Assembly: GCA_965153355.1 (NCBI GenBank)
Contig: OZ231126.1
Coordinates: 23,870,001 to 23,934,000, forward strand
Source of the DNA: Flaccisagitta enflata
Lineage: Eukaryota
Length of the DNA stretch: 64,000 nt
Direction of reading: 5' to 3'
Shown here: piece after piece, positions 47,871-64,000 of the stretch
Layout of the letters: every line of letters begins with the position of its first letter
Position numbering within the stretch: the first letter of the stretch is position 1
The notes under the pieces: model-generated
The model's database searches: none
What the model was told of the DNA's origin: nothing
Seen by the model: the letters and a program-made list of their open reading frames with translations, nothing else
Translations under genes and position numbers: made by a program

Positions 47871-48459
47871 TTTCATGGCTTTCTTTTTTTCCTCATTGCA
47901 TTCATTTCAGCTTATCGTGCCCCTCATTTCTTTTGTCTCTTCCCTCATTTCCTACCACATCCCATGTTGTACGTTGACTTAGTCGTTTTCCTTATCTCAG
48001 GGTTCCGCTTTTAATTCTTTATATTTTTTTTTTGCGTCTTTCCTCTTTGCTTGTTGCTCATTTCAGCTTACCGTGCCCCTAATTTCCTATTTTTCTTTCC
48101 TCATTTTATACTACATTTCTGCATCCTGTGCTGTATGTTACTTTTGCCTCTTCCCTCATCTAAGGGTTTCACTATTCATGCCCTAGATTGCTTTTGCTTC
48201 TTTCATCTCAGGCTTCCTTTTTCTATTCCCAAAATTTATTTTTGTTTTTTTCCTCAGCTCAGGCTTCCACTTTCTATTCCTTTTATTCATTTGTCTCCTT
48301 TCTACGCTTTACATAGCTTACATTGCGTTTGCTTCTATACTCATCTCATACCCCTCAGTTTTCCTTGCCTTATTACTCTTTTGTTTTTCCTCAGCTGGTA
48401 CTGTATCCGTTATTGCGGGGTTCAACTGTATTTGTTTCCACAAGCCCCGTCCCCTTTCC

Positions 48460-49695
48460 ATCTCAATCCTAGCCACCCGCGTTAATTTTGATATTCTACG
48501 CAGCAACGGCAACGTAAAGCCAGTTACCATTACCCCCTTTTTCTCCGCAAGCCTTCTCTTTTCCCCTTTGCCATCTTTACCCCAGTCAACCCTCATTTGT
48601 TTTGATACTTAACTCGGTAGGAGTATAACATGGGGCCCTACACCTTCAACGTCTTTCTCTCCGCAAGCCCTCTATCTTCCCCTTATCCATCTCAACCCCA
48701 ATGCCCAGTCACACTCATCTATTTTCATCCTCTACTCGGCAGCAGTATGACATGAGGACCCGACACCATCAACCCCTTTATTTCCATTTTCATTCTCAAT
48801 CCAAGTGAGCCCAACTTCTTCTGATTCTCTATCTTCCTTTCCCCAAGCCCTTTTATCTCTACCCCTTTTGGGCAACGGCCCCAAAGAGGTCGCTGACCTA
48901 TACTTACACATATATGAGGAGTTTTCTCCTCCTCCTTCTCCTGCTCCTCCGTCCGACCGCCCCCGCCCCCAGTCTCGAGGCCCAAATACCATTATGGAGA
49001 CCCAAATCCAAGTCTCGTGGCCCAAATCCTATCCTCAAGGCCAAATCCAAGCCTCGGGGCTTGAATACTAGCCTGAAGGCCCAAAATCCAGCCGTGAAGC
49101 TCCCACCCATGAGGCTCAAATCCCAGCTGTAAGGCCCAAATCTCAGCCTCAAGGATGAGATTTGGGCCTCCAGGCTATGATTTGGGCATTTGGGATTGGA
49201 TTTGGGCCACAAAACTGGGATTTGGGTCTCGGGACTGGATTTGGGTATCGAGACGGGGGGGGGGGGGGGTGGACGGCGGAGGACTTCATTTAACAACATC
49301 AGTGACTGGCAGTCACCCCCATTTCTTCTGTTCCTCTCCTCGGCAGCGGCAACATGGTGCCCCTCACCCTCAACCCACTTCTCTCTACAAACTCCATCTG
49401 TTCCCATTCTCCTCCGCAACCCTAGTCACCCCCATTTATTTTGATCCTCTACTCGGCAGCGGCAACGTAGCGCCCCTAACCATCGACCAACTTTTCTCTA
49501 CAAACCACATCTGCTTCCATTCTCCACCTCAACCCTAATCACCCCCATTTATTTTTATACTCTCCTTGGCAGCGACAACGTAGCGCCCCTTACCATCGAC
49601 CAACTTTTCACTACAAACTCCATCTGTTCCCGTTCTCCTCCGCAACCCTAGTCACCCCCATTTATTTTGATCCTCTCCTCGGCAGCGGCAACGTG
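48460..49695. repeat. 113-bp tandem repeat interrupted by a family 2 element (~48867-49320)
   Basis: (C/T)GGCAGCG(G/A)CAAC at 49341, 49454, 49567 and 49680 (113-bp spacing); more diverged units near 48500, 48615 and 48737. Confidence 0.8.
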
Positions 49696-49747
49696 GGGAC
49701 TCTCACCCGTGAAATGACAAGACATAAATTCTTTGTCCCAGATCCGA

Positions 49748-49805
<58 letters not shown>

Positions 49806-50048
49806 AGACCTCTCCTTGCTCTATTTTCTATCTCGGCTGGCCTTGCGCTCACATGGGACCGAAAAACGCCATCTTTAGAAGTGTTTCTCTTTTTTCCTGA
49901 CGCTGTCTCTCTGTTTTCGTTTTGCAACAAGTTTCTCAGCAAACATTTCTTTCTTTCTTTTCTTTTTTTTTTTTTTTTTGCAACAGAATGCAACGACTCG
50001 TGCTTTTTTGCGTTTCTTATCTTGCCTTTTCCTACCTGCGAGGAAGTG

Positions 50049-50230
<182 letters not shown>

Positions 50231-51519
50231 GGTTTTTGATCATATATTATAGTTATACTTAGTAGTAAACATGTATTTTATCCAATGGCGAATGAGTGAT
50301 TACATCAATGACACTTAATTTGAGGAAAGGAACAAACATAAGCCCGTGCACCAGCGCAATGATAAAAACTTGAGGAACAGGTAATAAGTTTGCCGATAGG
50401 CTTGTTACAGTTGCACCTATATGTCAAAATGCTTGACATGGATGAGTTTTTAGGTTGTTTTTTTTTTTCATTTAATTTAGATTTCTTCACGATTTTCTTA
50501 AACGCATCAGTACTGAATCATTTTTTAGCACATCGAACCCACTATCGTGCAAACCATTCCATTTACGATTGTACTATTTGTAGTTGCCACGAAAGGTCCA
50601 AGTTTTTACTACCATCGAATTGCATACACATGACGCTTTTTTAACACCTTTATTTCTAGGGTCCTCAATCACATAATGACATTCATTTGTTATCGTTCAT
50701 TATTTGCACTGATGAGCACAAAACTTATAATGTTTACCAGTCAAGGCAGACCCGTCCTCCAGCTTCCAGATAAGTGGCTTTTTTCTTTACATACTTTTGG
50801 TCCACGGCTTTGAACTAGCGCCAAGGCGCGTCTGCAAGTGATACTACCGCATTATCCTCGTTCAGACGTCAATGCTTGACTTCGGACGGTCATTGGCGGA
50901 CGGTCATTGGCCTTGGTACTTTTCTTTTGTCAATGGTTCTCTCGTAATTCAAAACTAAAGAAAAATGGTAATTTTTATGATATCTATAAATTTTCCTGTT
51001 AAAATCAGCGTACTCTTTTGAACTCTCCAATGCACTTAGGCACGGGTTCATGACTGTTGGCCAGCTCTACGGCCCACCGGGTATGCGTAGACCACAGCTC
51101 CCACTGTACTGGGCGCTGACGGCGTGACATCAATTACTTCGCCGGCGACTGACTTCTGCCGGGGCACTGGACAGTGCGCACCAACGAGCCGAAGAGGCAG
51201 ATCAGGCACAGCTACCCACCGGAACCGAGGTACCTCCGATCTCGCCGAGTTGGTGGTGTCTCAGAGATATACCCGCCATTTTTGACTAGGCTGATGCTGT
51301 TGTTCCACGATTATCGAATGTTAGCTTGTAACAAATATATTGGTTGAAAAGTAGCTTTTGAAATACAAATCTTTGTTATGTATTTCATAGCTCTGTTTTG
51401 TTGCACTAAGTGCGGCAAATTTGATGTATTCAGCATATATGTAATGCATATTAGGCTTTGAACATTGGATTATCCTCTTGTTCGGCGAGCCCATGCTTTC
51501 ATTGCGTACATGTATTTCA

Positions 51520-51554
<35 letters not shown>

Positions 51555-52284
51555 TCTCTCTCTCTCTCTCTCTCTCTCTTCTACTTTTTCATCATGGCGG
51601 CATGTTTTGGGCTCCTCCCTCATGACCCAAATGTTCCTCTGCTCTATTTTGTGTGTTTCATGTCTTCTTCGTTGCTCATTCCTTAGATGGGATAGAGATG
51701 GAGCCCAAACATTCCTTTTGAATGGAAATTCGACTTTGAAGCTCCTCCTTCTTTCAGTCTCGCATTTGAAGCACGTTTTGGCGCATTCTCATTTCAAAAT
51801 CCGGAATTCCATTAATTTATTTTTTTGCTTGTACGATTACAAGTTTGTAATAAATAAATAATGTAGATGTTAGCAGCGATGAGAGTGAAGACATCGAGTC
51901 ATAAAACAAACAAGCCCAACCGGGCAACGATGCGTTCTGACTGTGTCATCGTGTGGAGTGAACTGCGCGCTGGGTATGTGCGATATCGGAGGGCGTGGAG
52001 GGTGGGGAGTGATGAGCGAACAGGCAGTCTCTCCTTAAGGGAGGAGACTCTCAGAACACGTTCATTTTGTGGTCCATTCCATTCACTATGCTTTTTGGGC
52101 TCTTTGGGTGTTCGCTAAAGGTTTTTGTATAGAAACTATTAACCAAATTGACTTAACTTTAGTTTTCGCGCTTACCCAGTTGGATTATGTCTGCTAGTCA
52201 TGCGTATGTCGTATATCACTTGATAATTTCATTCGGAGCCAATTCGTCTAGCGGGTTCATAACTACCAACACACACATACAAAC

Positions 52285-52467
<183 letters not shown>

Positions 52468-53575
52468 TCTCTCTTTCATCTTATTTCCCCCCTTCTTTGC
52501 GCTGTCATGAATAATAATGTAAAACATTAACAGGAATTCCTCCAGAGTCGCGACGAACTCGACAGGGAGTCCAAAAAAAAAAAAAGAAAGAAAGAAGAAT
52601 AAAAAACAGAAAGAAAAAAAACTTTCCGAGGCACACTTACTAGTATATAGACAGTCAGGTATTTCTATTTATTGGTTCGTCGATCGGTCTGTCCCTCTAT
52701 CTGTTTATATTTATAAACCAAAACGTCTAGCTTCTGGCTGCTGGATTTTCTCATCTTCTCTCTTTCTTTGTAAATTTCTTGCATTATTCTAAATGATGCC
52801 CCGCTAGTAAAGCTCAAGAATAAGCGAGTGTTTGTTTGCGTTTGTCTGGTGAAAATCCCTTAATAGGGGCTAGTCAATTTTAAGAAAACTGTATGTGCTG
52901 TTTCTCTACATTTCAAAAGAATGCATACACGTGATTCTGAAACCGGCTATATTGGTAAAGGGGTTGCAATATCGTTGCGGACGGGTGAGCAGGGGCGATC
53001 AACCCTCATTTAACTCGTGCTCACCGACGGACCGGCACACCGAATGGCGGACCGACAGACCAACGGACATACAAAGCATCTTATAGAGTTGCGTTCCACA
53101 ACTAGAAGGGAAAAAAAGAAAAAACTACCAGTAAGGCATTTCAATTTTCTTGATTTTCTAAGAGTCATTTCAAGCCTTGGTGTTCTTATGAATTCGGCTC
53201 TTTTGAAAATTAGTGTTCATCGGAATGTTCCTTCTAACATTGCTGTCCGTCACAATATCTGCTCGAAAACTTATATTGATAGCAATATTTTGTGGGATGT
53301 TTCAAACCTATCTAATCCCTCCTTTAGGGACCTTTCATATATCTTAGCTTACCTTTCTTATATCTAAGCAAGAAAAAAAATCATTGCGTGCAATTTGCCG
53401 CCAGTAAGCCGTGATTGAGAGAAGGAAACCGCCCTCAATCTGAAAAACTATTATCAAGACTTCCTCTAAAACAAAACAGAAAACAAAACAAAAAAGCAAA
53501 ACAAAATTTTTTTCAAAAAGAAGGTAGAATGAACAAAAAAGTAGAAAAAAGGGAAAGCAAAAAAATTTAAAAAGA

Positions 53576-53620
<45 letters not shown>

Positions 53621-54349
53621 CCTTTACGACGGGCCACGAACGATTTTTCGATGAAACAAAAAGCATAACAAATGGGAAACAAAAGAACATCATCACCTTT
53701 CATCGGCTCTAATCACAAGAACTGAAATACTCCGGGAAGTTCGAAGTCAAGTCCAATTGAAAATGACTCAATCAAACACAGTGGAATATCATGAATGTTG
53801 TCCGGTTGATTTTGTCTACAACCAACCCAACTCTTAATTACCCATGTAATGATTGATAATTGATTAAATTGGTAGCGTAAAACGGTAATATATCTGCTTA
53901 TCTATCTGGCGTCTGCTTAGTCCCAAAGGGATATCCAAACAGACCAGAGACATTATATTTGTCATCGCTGACCTTACTTCCATTTCCAATTCAATATTGA
54001 TGCAGTTTGCATTCTCTCTCCCGCTCCTTTCTAATCCGGAATTCACGAGAGGCAATAGAAATCTGATGGCACCATTTCTAAGTCGTGCTGCCAAACCAGC
54101 GGCAGCCTCAAAAAAAAGGAGGCGCAGCAGCCGCAGATCGCCCGCGTCAGCAGCAGCTTGTGCCGAGATTCCGGCTGCTGATTGTCATCGCAGAGGTCTT
54201 CATTTCGGAAAAAAAAGAGGGCTTAGTTTTTAGATCATTTCTTCCGCATGCATGTATTTGATTTGGTCTGGTAAGATGAAAATCCTTAATTGGGGCTAGT
54301 CACTTTTTAGTGAACTGTATTAGCTGTCCATTTCATTATAAATATAATT

Positions 54350-54925
54350 TTTTTTGGGCAGCGGCCCCGAAGGGGACAATGTCCTGTAGAACACAGGGAG
54401 ACTTTTGTTTGTTTGTTTGTTTGTTTGTTTGTTCGTTCGTGCATGTGTGCGTGTGTATGTGCGTGCATGCGTGCATCCCCCCCAGCCTCGAGGCTCAAAT
54501 CTCAGATTGAGGCTCAAATCTCAGCTTTGAAGCTCAAATCCCAGCCTTGAGGCTTTAATCTCAGCCTTGAGACCCAAATCCCATACTCAAGGCTGTCATC
54601 CCAGCCTCAAGGCTCAAATTTCAGCCCCAAGGCTCAAATTCCTGCTCAAATCCCAGCCTCAAGGCACAAATTGCAGCCTCAAGGCTCAAATTCCAGCCTT
54701 AAGGCTCAAATCCCAGCCTCAAGGCTCAAATCCCGGCCTTGAGGCGCAAATCCCAGTCTCAATAATGCACGGACGAATGAACGAACAAATGAAAGTCCCC
54801 CTGTGTTCTACAGGACATCGTCCCCTTTGGTGCCGCTGCCCTGCTACCCATCACCTACAAACACGAACATACAATGCAGGGCAACGGGTATCGCTGACCA
54901 CATATTGCCCTTGGGTGACTGGTTA
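54350..54925 (+). mobile_element. Family 2 HINE-like element with internal 20-bp minisatellite
   Basis: T-run, GGGCAGCGGCCCC (5' subTIR), (TTTG)n, an array of GGCTCAAATCCCAGCCTCAA units, 3' subTIR GGtGCCGCTGCCC, a short 3' hairpin, TGGTT. Confidence 0.7.
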
Positions 54926-55547
54926 GTTGTATGCACGTGATTCTGAAACCCGTCATATTGGTCAGTCAATCTGTTGGTCTGTCAGTCACCCTTTGCTTTT
55001 TTAGCGTTTTCAAGTGGTTTTTGTGTAACTGCACCTGCCCAACTGCTTGGTCAGCCTTTTTCATCACTACCCTTGCCCACCCGCATGCAACTGGCAACAA
55101 GCTGTGTATACGGTCTTATTTTGAGTACATGTTCCTTGGTTTGCTTTCCCTAGGAAAGCAAGGGCACTATGTATGATATTATGGAATTTTTTTCGAAATG
55201 AACCGGGAACAGTAAAGGAAATTTGTTTTGTTGTATTTGAATAGCGTTTGTAAAACGTTTGTAAAACATTTGTGTAACATTTGTATAATATTGTTGCACA
55301 TGCCATTGATTTCCTTATTGCCTTTGCATTTCTTAAGGTTTCAGTCAGACTCTTTGTAGGGAAAGAAGTGTTGAAAGAAGAACCCCTGACAATCAAGAAT
55401 GAGGGATTTGGTAAAACCGGCTCGCGACATGTAAGCGAGTGGAAGTCTCGCGGGGCTGCCATCTCGTGATCGATCCCACAAACTAAAAGGAAGGAATCTG
55501 ATTAGTTCCACCGATTTCCGCCAGAGCTGTCATGGTCGATGTCGACC

Positions 55548-56894
<1,347 letters not shown>

Positions 56895-57002
56895 TCTCTC
56901 TCTCTCTCTCTCTCTCTATTCCATTACTCAATAAAATCCTTTTCCAAGTTTTTTTGTTTCCCCCACTTTTACCTTTCCTCATCTTCTTTTCTCATCCGTA
57001 TT

Positions 57003-57089
<87 letters not shown>

Positions 57090-57300
57090 AACTTTCTTTC
57101 TTTCTTTCTTTCTTTTTTTCTTTCTTTATTTCTTTCTTTTTTGACCGGAGATAGTAACCAGATTCCTTAGAGAATCATCTTCATCACGTCGCTCGCTCAA
57201 CCCTGTTCCTCTGCTTATCCGGCCTGGTATTGGTCATGACTACGCTATGATCCTCGTTGACGTCAAGTGATGATACGCTCAATGCTGGGTTTTGTTAAGG

Positions 57301-57472
57301 CGGAAGCGGCTGATGGAAGAGGCCTCGGAAGCGGCCATGGAAGAGGCCATAGAAGCGGCCATGGTAGCGGCCCTCGGATGCGGCCGTGGAAGCGGCCATG
57401 GTAGTGGCCCGTGGAAGCGGCAATGGAAGCGGCCTATGGAAGCGGCAATGGTAGCGGCCTTGGAAGCGGCCA
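57301..57472. repeat. 12-bp GC-rich minisatellite (ATGGAAGCGGCC)
   Basis: About 14 degenerate units. Confidence 0.85.
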
Positions 57473-57574
57473 AAGTGCGGCCTGCCTTGACCGCGGGGTC
57501 CAACAGAAGATGAATGGCACCATAAAAGTGTCGGTCACTGCATTTGCTGGTCACGCCGACGTGGTTCCACTCTG

Positions 57575-57650
<76 letters not shown>

Positions 57651-57802
57651 CCTGTAATTGACTATTTGTCTGTCTGTTTTCATTTCTATTTCTGATATCT
57701 GATCTGTCTATCTGTAAGTTTATGACTGTTTGTCTGTCTGTCTCTCTGTCTGTCCACTACTTAACAGATAAGCAGAAGAGGGGACGGATGCCGTGATGTG
57801 TA

Positions 57803-58240
57803 CAGTACAATGGGAGCAATGAGGACCTCAGATGGAGGGTCATTTCCTGCTGTACTATCTTAATAAAGTTGCTTGGACTATGGTTTTTCTGAAAGCTGAT
57901 GGTTAAGAGCTTTGAGTGAATATAGTTTCATACCTCTTGCTGTAACTGTTGATCAAAAAGAAAAAAAGTGCAACACCTTTCTGGAATTGAACCTGTGTCC
58001 CTGAGGAGAAGAAATTGCTTCACTCAAATTCAGCATTCTATTAACAGAGCTATTGCGCAACATGCAATGAAGAGTAATCAATTGTTGATTTTCTTTTGAA
58101 TCACTTGGTGTGGAATTTTATGTTCACTCAATACCTTGGACCATCAGTTTTTAGAAAAATTAAAGCCTAAGGTTTTTCCTTCAAACAGTAAGAATACAGA
58201 AGGCCCTCTTTGTACTGCCCTTATTGCTCCCACCGTACTG
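57803..58240. mobile_element. MITE with TA TSD (Tc1/mariner-type)
   Basis: TA|CAGTACAATGGGAGCAATGAGG ... CCTTATTGCTCCCACCGTACTG|TA. Confidence 0.82.
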
Positions 58241-58341
58241 TATTGATGCTTGGAACTTGATAAGATGTTTGATTAACCTACCGATTGGATGGACTGTGAA
58301 TGCAGTTCGTAAAGCCCTCATAAGGATACATGGGTTATAAC

Positions 58342-58471
58342 TAGGGATGTGGAAGCGGTCGATTTTAGTGCCGCTTCCACCGCTTCCGCTTCCGCTTCCA
58401 TTTTCAAGTACAAATACTAGTAGCTATCTTATCCTCCAAAACGGAAGCGGTCAATCGGTTCCACATCCCTA
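58342..58471. mobile_element. 130-bp hAT-type MITE with 8-bp TSD GTTATAAC
   Basis: GTTATAAC|TAGGGATGTGGAA ... TTCCACATCCCTA|GTTATAAC; subterminal GGAAGCGG/CCGCTTCC motifs. Confidence 0.92.
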
Positions 58472-60062
58472 GTTATAACAGCATCTAATCATCTTTAAAA
58501 ACATTTTCAATCTTCCAAAACCGATTTTTACTCTCTGCTTCCGCTCAGTCCGCACAATAAATGAAAGTGATAGTAGTCAAAGTCCGTTTCTGTAGCCTGG
58601 TCAAATTGTTCAATCTCGACGCTTGTCCGTATAACAGTCGTTTGCGCTGAGTAAAACGAGGGGTTGGTGTACTCAACACCGAAGACTTAGCGGTTGCGTA
58701 CCGCATAGAGTTCTCGACTCTCCCTTTTCGGAGCGTGCAGGATGTCTTCAATATACACCGGCGATTGGTTGAGTGACATTACACATATGGTCAATCATAC
58801 ACCGGCGAGAAACATTACGGCTTTTTCCGGATTCAAAAGAATATATCTGCCTATCACTCATCCAATTGATTTTTTACGATAGACACCAAATTGGCACTTT
58901 ACATTTCTGCATTGCTCAAAATCAACATAAGATGAATAAACAATTCATCAACATGTCCTTAAGATATGAATATGGTTAATCAATGCAATGGTGTTTGGTT
59001 TGTTGTAGATGGAACAACGAGATCATCATTTACTGCTTTATGCAAATCATCTGATGAACGCCAATCCTCTACCACTTAGCGTATGATTTGAGGAAGCAGG
59101 TGCGTACGTGTGTATGCACATGAACACGTACACATTAGTCTCTGGGTGTACAGTGGAACCGCGGAATAATGGATAACAAAGGAAAAAACATGTTTTCCGA
59201 GTTGAAAGCAATTATCGTCAGCAACAATATACCGCAGCATAAATCCTCACCATGTATGATGTTTTTCATTACTGCATTGACTTAAAATCCTCGTTATCTT
59301 TTAGTCTTATGCGAAGCTATTTTCTCTTGTAATGACTATGTATCTTTGATATGTGAATTACACTGATCATGTTTGAACGCGTAAAATCGTTTTGAGAAAA
59401 GCGAAGTAAACAAATCGCATTAGACATACAGCGCTTCGGAGGTCATGCATGTCAGGGTTAAATTGATTACGATTTGAAACCAAGGAACTACATGTTACGG
59501 TTCTTCACCGTATTTCAAAACTAATAGTAAAATGCCTCACATAATTTAGGTAAAAGATGATATAGCAACATTCAAACATTTTACCTTTTGAAAGCGCCAA
59601 CATGAAAAAATATGAAAATAAATATAATCTCCGAACATGTGTGGGGGAAATGACGATTTACAATAAAACTTATCGGAACGATTACAAATAAGCCATGCAG
59701 TAATAAGACACAGTATACAATGATACGTGAATGAGAGAGTTATTTACAGAAATTGCATTCATTGTGCGCGATAATGGAAGTTTGTAGATTATGTAACCCA
59801 AAAGAAGTTGTGACTACTTGTGAAAGAGTTTTAAGTTGCAGTTGAGTTTGTTGATGAGTTTGTTGTGGTTGTGTTTTTTTTTTGTTGTGGTTATTGTCGT
59901 GGTTGTTGTTGTTATTGTTGTTGTGAATTTGTTACTGAGTATGTTGTTAAGTTTGAGTTGCTGTTGAGGTTGTTGTATAACGCTGTTTTTCCCGGTTTCC
60001 CGGTTCTGAACATGAACTCCCGACTGGCATACCTTTTTGGCCATTTTGTTTTTGTTAAATGT

Positions 60063-60225
60063 TTTTTTTAAGTCGCGGACACGCGACTCTACACCTTGCC
60101 GTGTCGGTCGGTAGGTCGGTCCGTATGTAGGTCGGTCCGTCACATTTTTGAATTCCGGGCGAGTTTTGCATTATTGCTCCCGCCCAACCGTCGGCGACTG
60201 TTTTGCCGTGTATCCGGCCTTGTTC
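60063..60225 (+). mobile_element. HINE-like family 1 copy
   Basis: AGTCGCGGACACGCGACT ... GCCGTGTATCCGGCCTTGTT. Confidence 0.72.
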
Positions 60226-60426
60226 TTTTTGTGAAGACCAAGAATGAAGAGTGCATTTGAGATTTTATCTAATATCTATGCTGCTTCTCTTTTGCAGTCT
60301 CTGTTGGTCTCTTCTAGACTCTTTATCCGGCACTGTCTTTCTCTGTCTCTTTCTTTGCCTCTGTCTTTACCTTTCACAAAACGCCAAAAGAACTGAGTAA
60401 AACGTTGGGCAAATCACGGTACAAAA

Positions 60427-61320
<894 letters not shown>

Positions 61321-61394
61321 AAGTCGCAAAAGCGTTAGATGGTCAGCGGTACCTGTCGCCCCTATGTGAGTGTATTTGGGTGTGAGGTGGTTAG

Positions 61395-62022
61395 AGGGGC
61401 AGCGGCCCTGAAGGGGCCAATGACCTATGCTGTTTTTATTTGGGCCTCAGGGATGGAATTAGGGCCTGGAGGCTGGGATTGGGGCCTTGAGGCTTGCATT
61501 AGGGCTTTGAGGCTGGGATTTGAGCTTTGAGGCTGTGTTTAAGCTTCAAAGCTGAGATTTGAGCTTCGAGGCTGGGATTTGAGCTTTGAGGTTGGGATTT
61601 GAGCTTTGGGGCAGGGATTTGAGCTTGGAAGCTGGTATTTGAGCTTCGAGGCTACGTTTTGAGCTTCAAGGCTGGGATTTATGCCTTGAGACTGGGTTAG
61701 GGTTAGGGAGAGGTCAGCAGGCCCTGAAGGAACCGATGACCTATGCTAGGCTGTAATTTGAGTCATAAGGCTGGGATTTGAGCCAAAAGATTGGAATATG
61801 AGCGATGAAGCTGGGCTTTAAGCCATAAGGTGGGAATTTGAGCCCTGAGCCTGAGATTCAAGCTCAAGACTGTGATTTGGGCTCGAGGCTGCGATTTGAG
61901 CTTTGAAGCCAGGGGGGACGAAGAAGAAGGAGGAGGAGGAGGAGGAGAAGAAGGAGGAGGAGAAAATTTCTCCCCGTGTGAAAGCATAGGTCATCGGCGC
62001 CTTTGGGGCCGCCTGCCCAAAA
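61395..62022. mobile_element. Family 2 element with 20-bp minisatellite
   Basis: GGGCAGCGGCCC at the left, GGGGCCGCCTGCCCAAAA at the right, GGCTGGGATTTGAGCTTTGA units between. Confidence 0.68.
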
Positions 62023-62032
62023 GGAGAAAAAG

Positions 62033-62063
<31 letters not shown>

Positions 62064-62274
62064 GAGAAAAAAAAAAAGAAAGAAAGAAATAAAGAAAGAA
62101 AGAAAGAAAGAAAGCAAGTAAGCAAGCAAGAAAGCAAGCGAGCGAGCTAGAAAGAGAGATAGGAAGACAGAGAGAGAAAGAAAGAAAGAAAGAAAGTAAG
62201 AAAGAAAGAAAGAAAGAAAGAACGAAAGAAAGAAAGAAAGAAAGAAAAAAGGAAATAAAGAAAGAAAGAAAGAG

Positions 62275-62362
<88 letters not shown>

Positions 62363-62364
62363 AA

Positions 62365-62396
<32 letters not shown>

Positions 62397-62561
62397 GAGA
62401 AAGATAAAAAGAGAGAAGGAAAAAGAGAAAAAAAAGCTAGCAAAGGAAGATTCATGTTGATATTGTTACAACGTAGACACCGTGGGTAAACAGCGGAGAG
62501 AAAGAGAGAGAAAAAAGGACCCATAATTGTCAAGATTATTCCCTCCCCTTCTACTTTTTAT

Positions 62562-62744
<183 letters not shown>

Positions 62745-62898
62745 ATCAGAAAGTAACGAATGGGCGCAAAAAGCAAATCATTTATTCATTCGTCAGACAT
62801 TGATGACCACTGCAGAAATGATGGCCACCAGTGCGTAGTGAAGCTTCTTAGCTTCTTTGTTACGGCAGATACTACCAACATCACACACATTTTGTCTC

Positions 62899-62950
<52 letters not shown>

Positions 62951-63547
62951 CTCTGGCAGTGACTCTCTCGAGTACGTCGCCGCCGCCGCAGCATGAATTT
63001 GGAGGTTCTGCTGCGGCTTCTCTGCCCCGATGCTGCTGTTGCAGCTGCTGCAGTAACAGCATTACAACGACGCCGTTGCTACATCAAGGCTCTAAAACAC
63101 TGAGAGGGAGAAAAAGAGAAGAAGGAGCAAAAGAGAAGAAGGAGCAAAATAGAGAGAAAGAACGAAAGAATGAAACAGAAAAGCGGCGCGATATATATGA
63201 GGAGGAAAACTACGAGAAAGAGTGGAAAAGGGGATTAGAGGGAGGAAGACGAGGAGTGGTTGGAGGAAGAAGCGGAGGAGGAGGAGAGGGTGAAGGAGGA
63301 GAAGGAGGAGGATAAGTAGAATCATCCTCCTCCTCATCCTGAAAAAAAGGAGAGAGAGAAACAGTGAATTTCAGCTGCAATGAAAAAAAAAGATGGCGTC
63401 GGCCTGGAAATAAAACAACAATCTGACGAAGAAGTTTTTGTTTTCGCCGAAATTATGATTTATAGATATTTTTGCCTTCATCTTATGTCTTTTTTTTTTT
63501 TTTTTTGTGCGCAACTGGATGATTTCTTGACTGTCCTCTCTTTTCCA

Positions 63548-63571
63548 TGACGATGACGATGATGATGATGG

Positions 63572-63665
<94 letters not shown>

Positions 63666-63710
63666 AATGGGGATGATGATGATGATGGTGACGATGATGA
63701 TGATGATGAT
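63548..63710. repeat. (GAT)n microsatellite
   Basis: Direct inspection. Confidence 0.95.
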
Positions 63711-63823
63711 CGGTGCTGATCATGCTGCCGATGATTACCACCGAGATAATCTAGTTCCCCAGTGGCTTTCATCCTATAACTTCCTTCTTTAGATGTCTAA
63801 TCTTCCTTTTACCCATGGGACGC

Positions 63824-63865
<42 letters not shown>

Positions 63866-64000
63866 CTTCCTTGTCTCATCTTCGTTTTCTCATTTCGCTG
63901 CCACCGGAAGTCCACGCCCACAATCCGAAGGAAGGAAAAGCGACAAAATTAAAAAGAAGAAAAAAAAGAAGAAAAAAAGGAGAAAAACGTCTGAATAGTG

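Noticed and set aside
45979-48014. Three long overlapping plus-strand ORFs (667, 481, 488 aa)
   Set aside because: They arise from a stop-free 50-bp tandem repeat that is open in all frames; there is no domain content.
51010-51290. GC-rich island with AAAATGGCG and short frames
   Set aside because: No consistent ORF, splice pair or known RNA structure could be supported.
53975-54110. Possible minus-strand exon ending in GAA|GTAAG
   Set aside because: Weak GAG acceptor, unrecognisable peptide and no partner exons.
57292-57513. MEAA-repeat ORF
   Set aside because: Translation of a 12-bp minisatellite with no other coding evidence.
58520-58765. Coding-looking minus-strand stretch (PVYIEDILHAP...DYYHFHLLCG)
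   Set aside because: It contains an in-frame stop and matches no family I recognise; at most a pseudo-exon.

Overview
Eukaryotic, probably invertebrate animal, genomic DNA. It is AT-rich and extremely dense in microsatellites, and nearly all of the supplied ORFs are simple-repeat artefacts. The one convincing protein-coding gene is a 6-exon minus-strand DDD transposase of about 1073 aa with Sola2-type motifs. I reconstructed it by hand: all five GT-AG introns join in phase and there is no internal stop. It lies inside a 9.7-kb element (2031-11742) with terminal inverted repeats GTCACGGTGCAC flanked by TTAA on both sides, an end structure that does not match the canonical Sola2 description. 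The rest of the window holds more than 25 non-autonomous Helentron/HINE-like (DINE-1-like) elements in several subfamilies, several hAT and Tc1/mariner-type MITEs with target-site duplications, and a ~2.3-kb insertion carrying a foldback TTAATTAA-rich array. It also contains minisatellites (one with a 200-bp higher-order period, one amplified from a Helentron end), a local ~490-bp duplication and a candidate recursive splice site. No host gene could be identified with confidence. Family assignments rest on recalled motifs, not on database searches.
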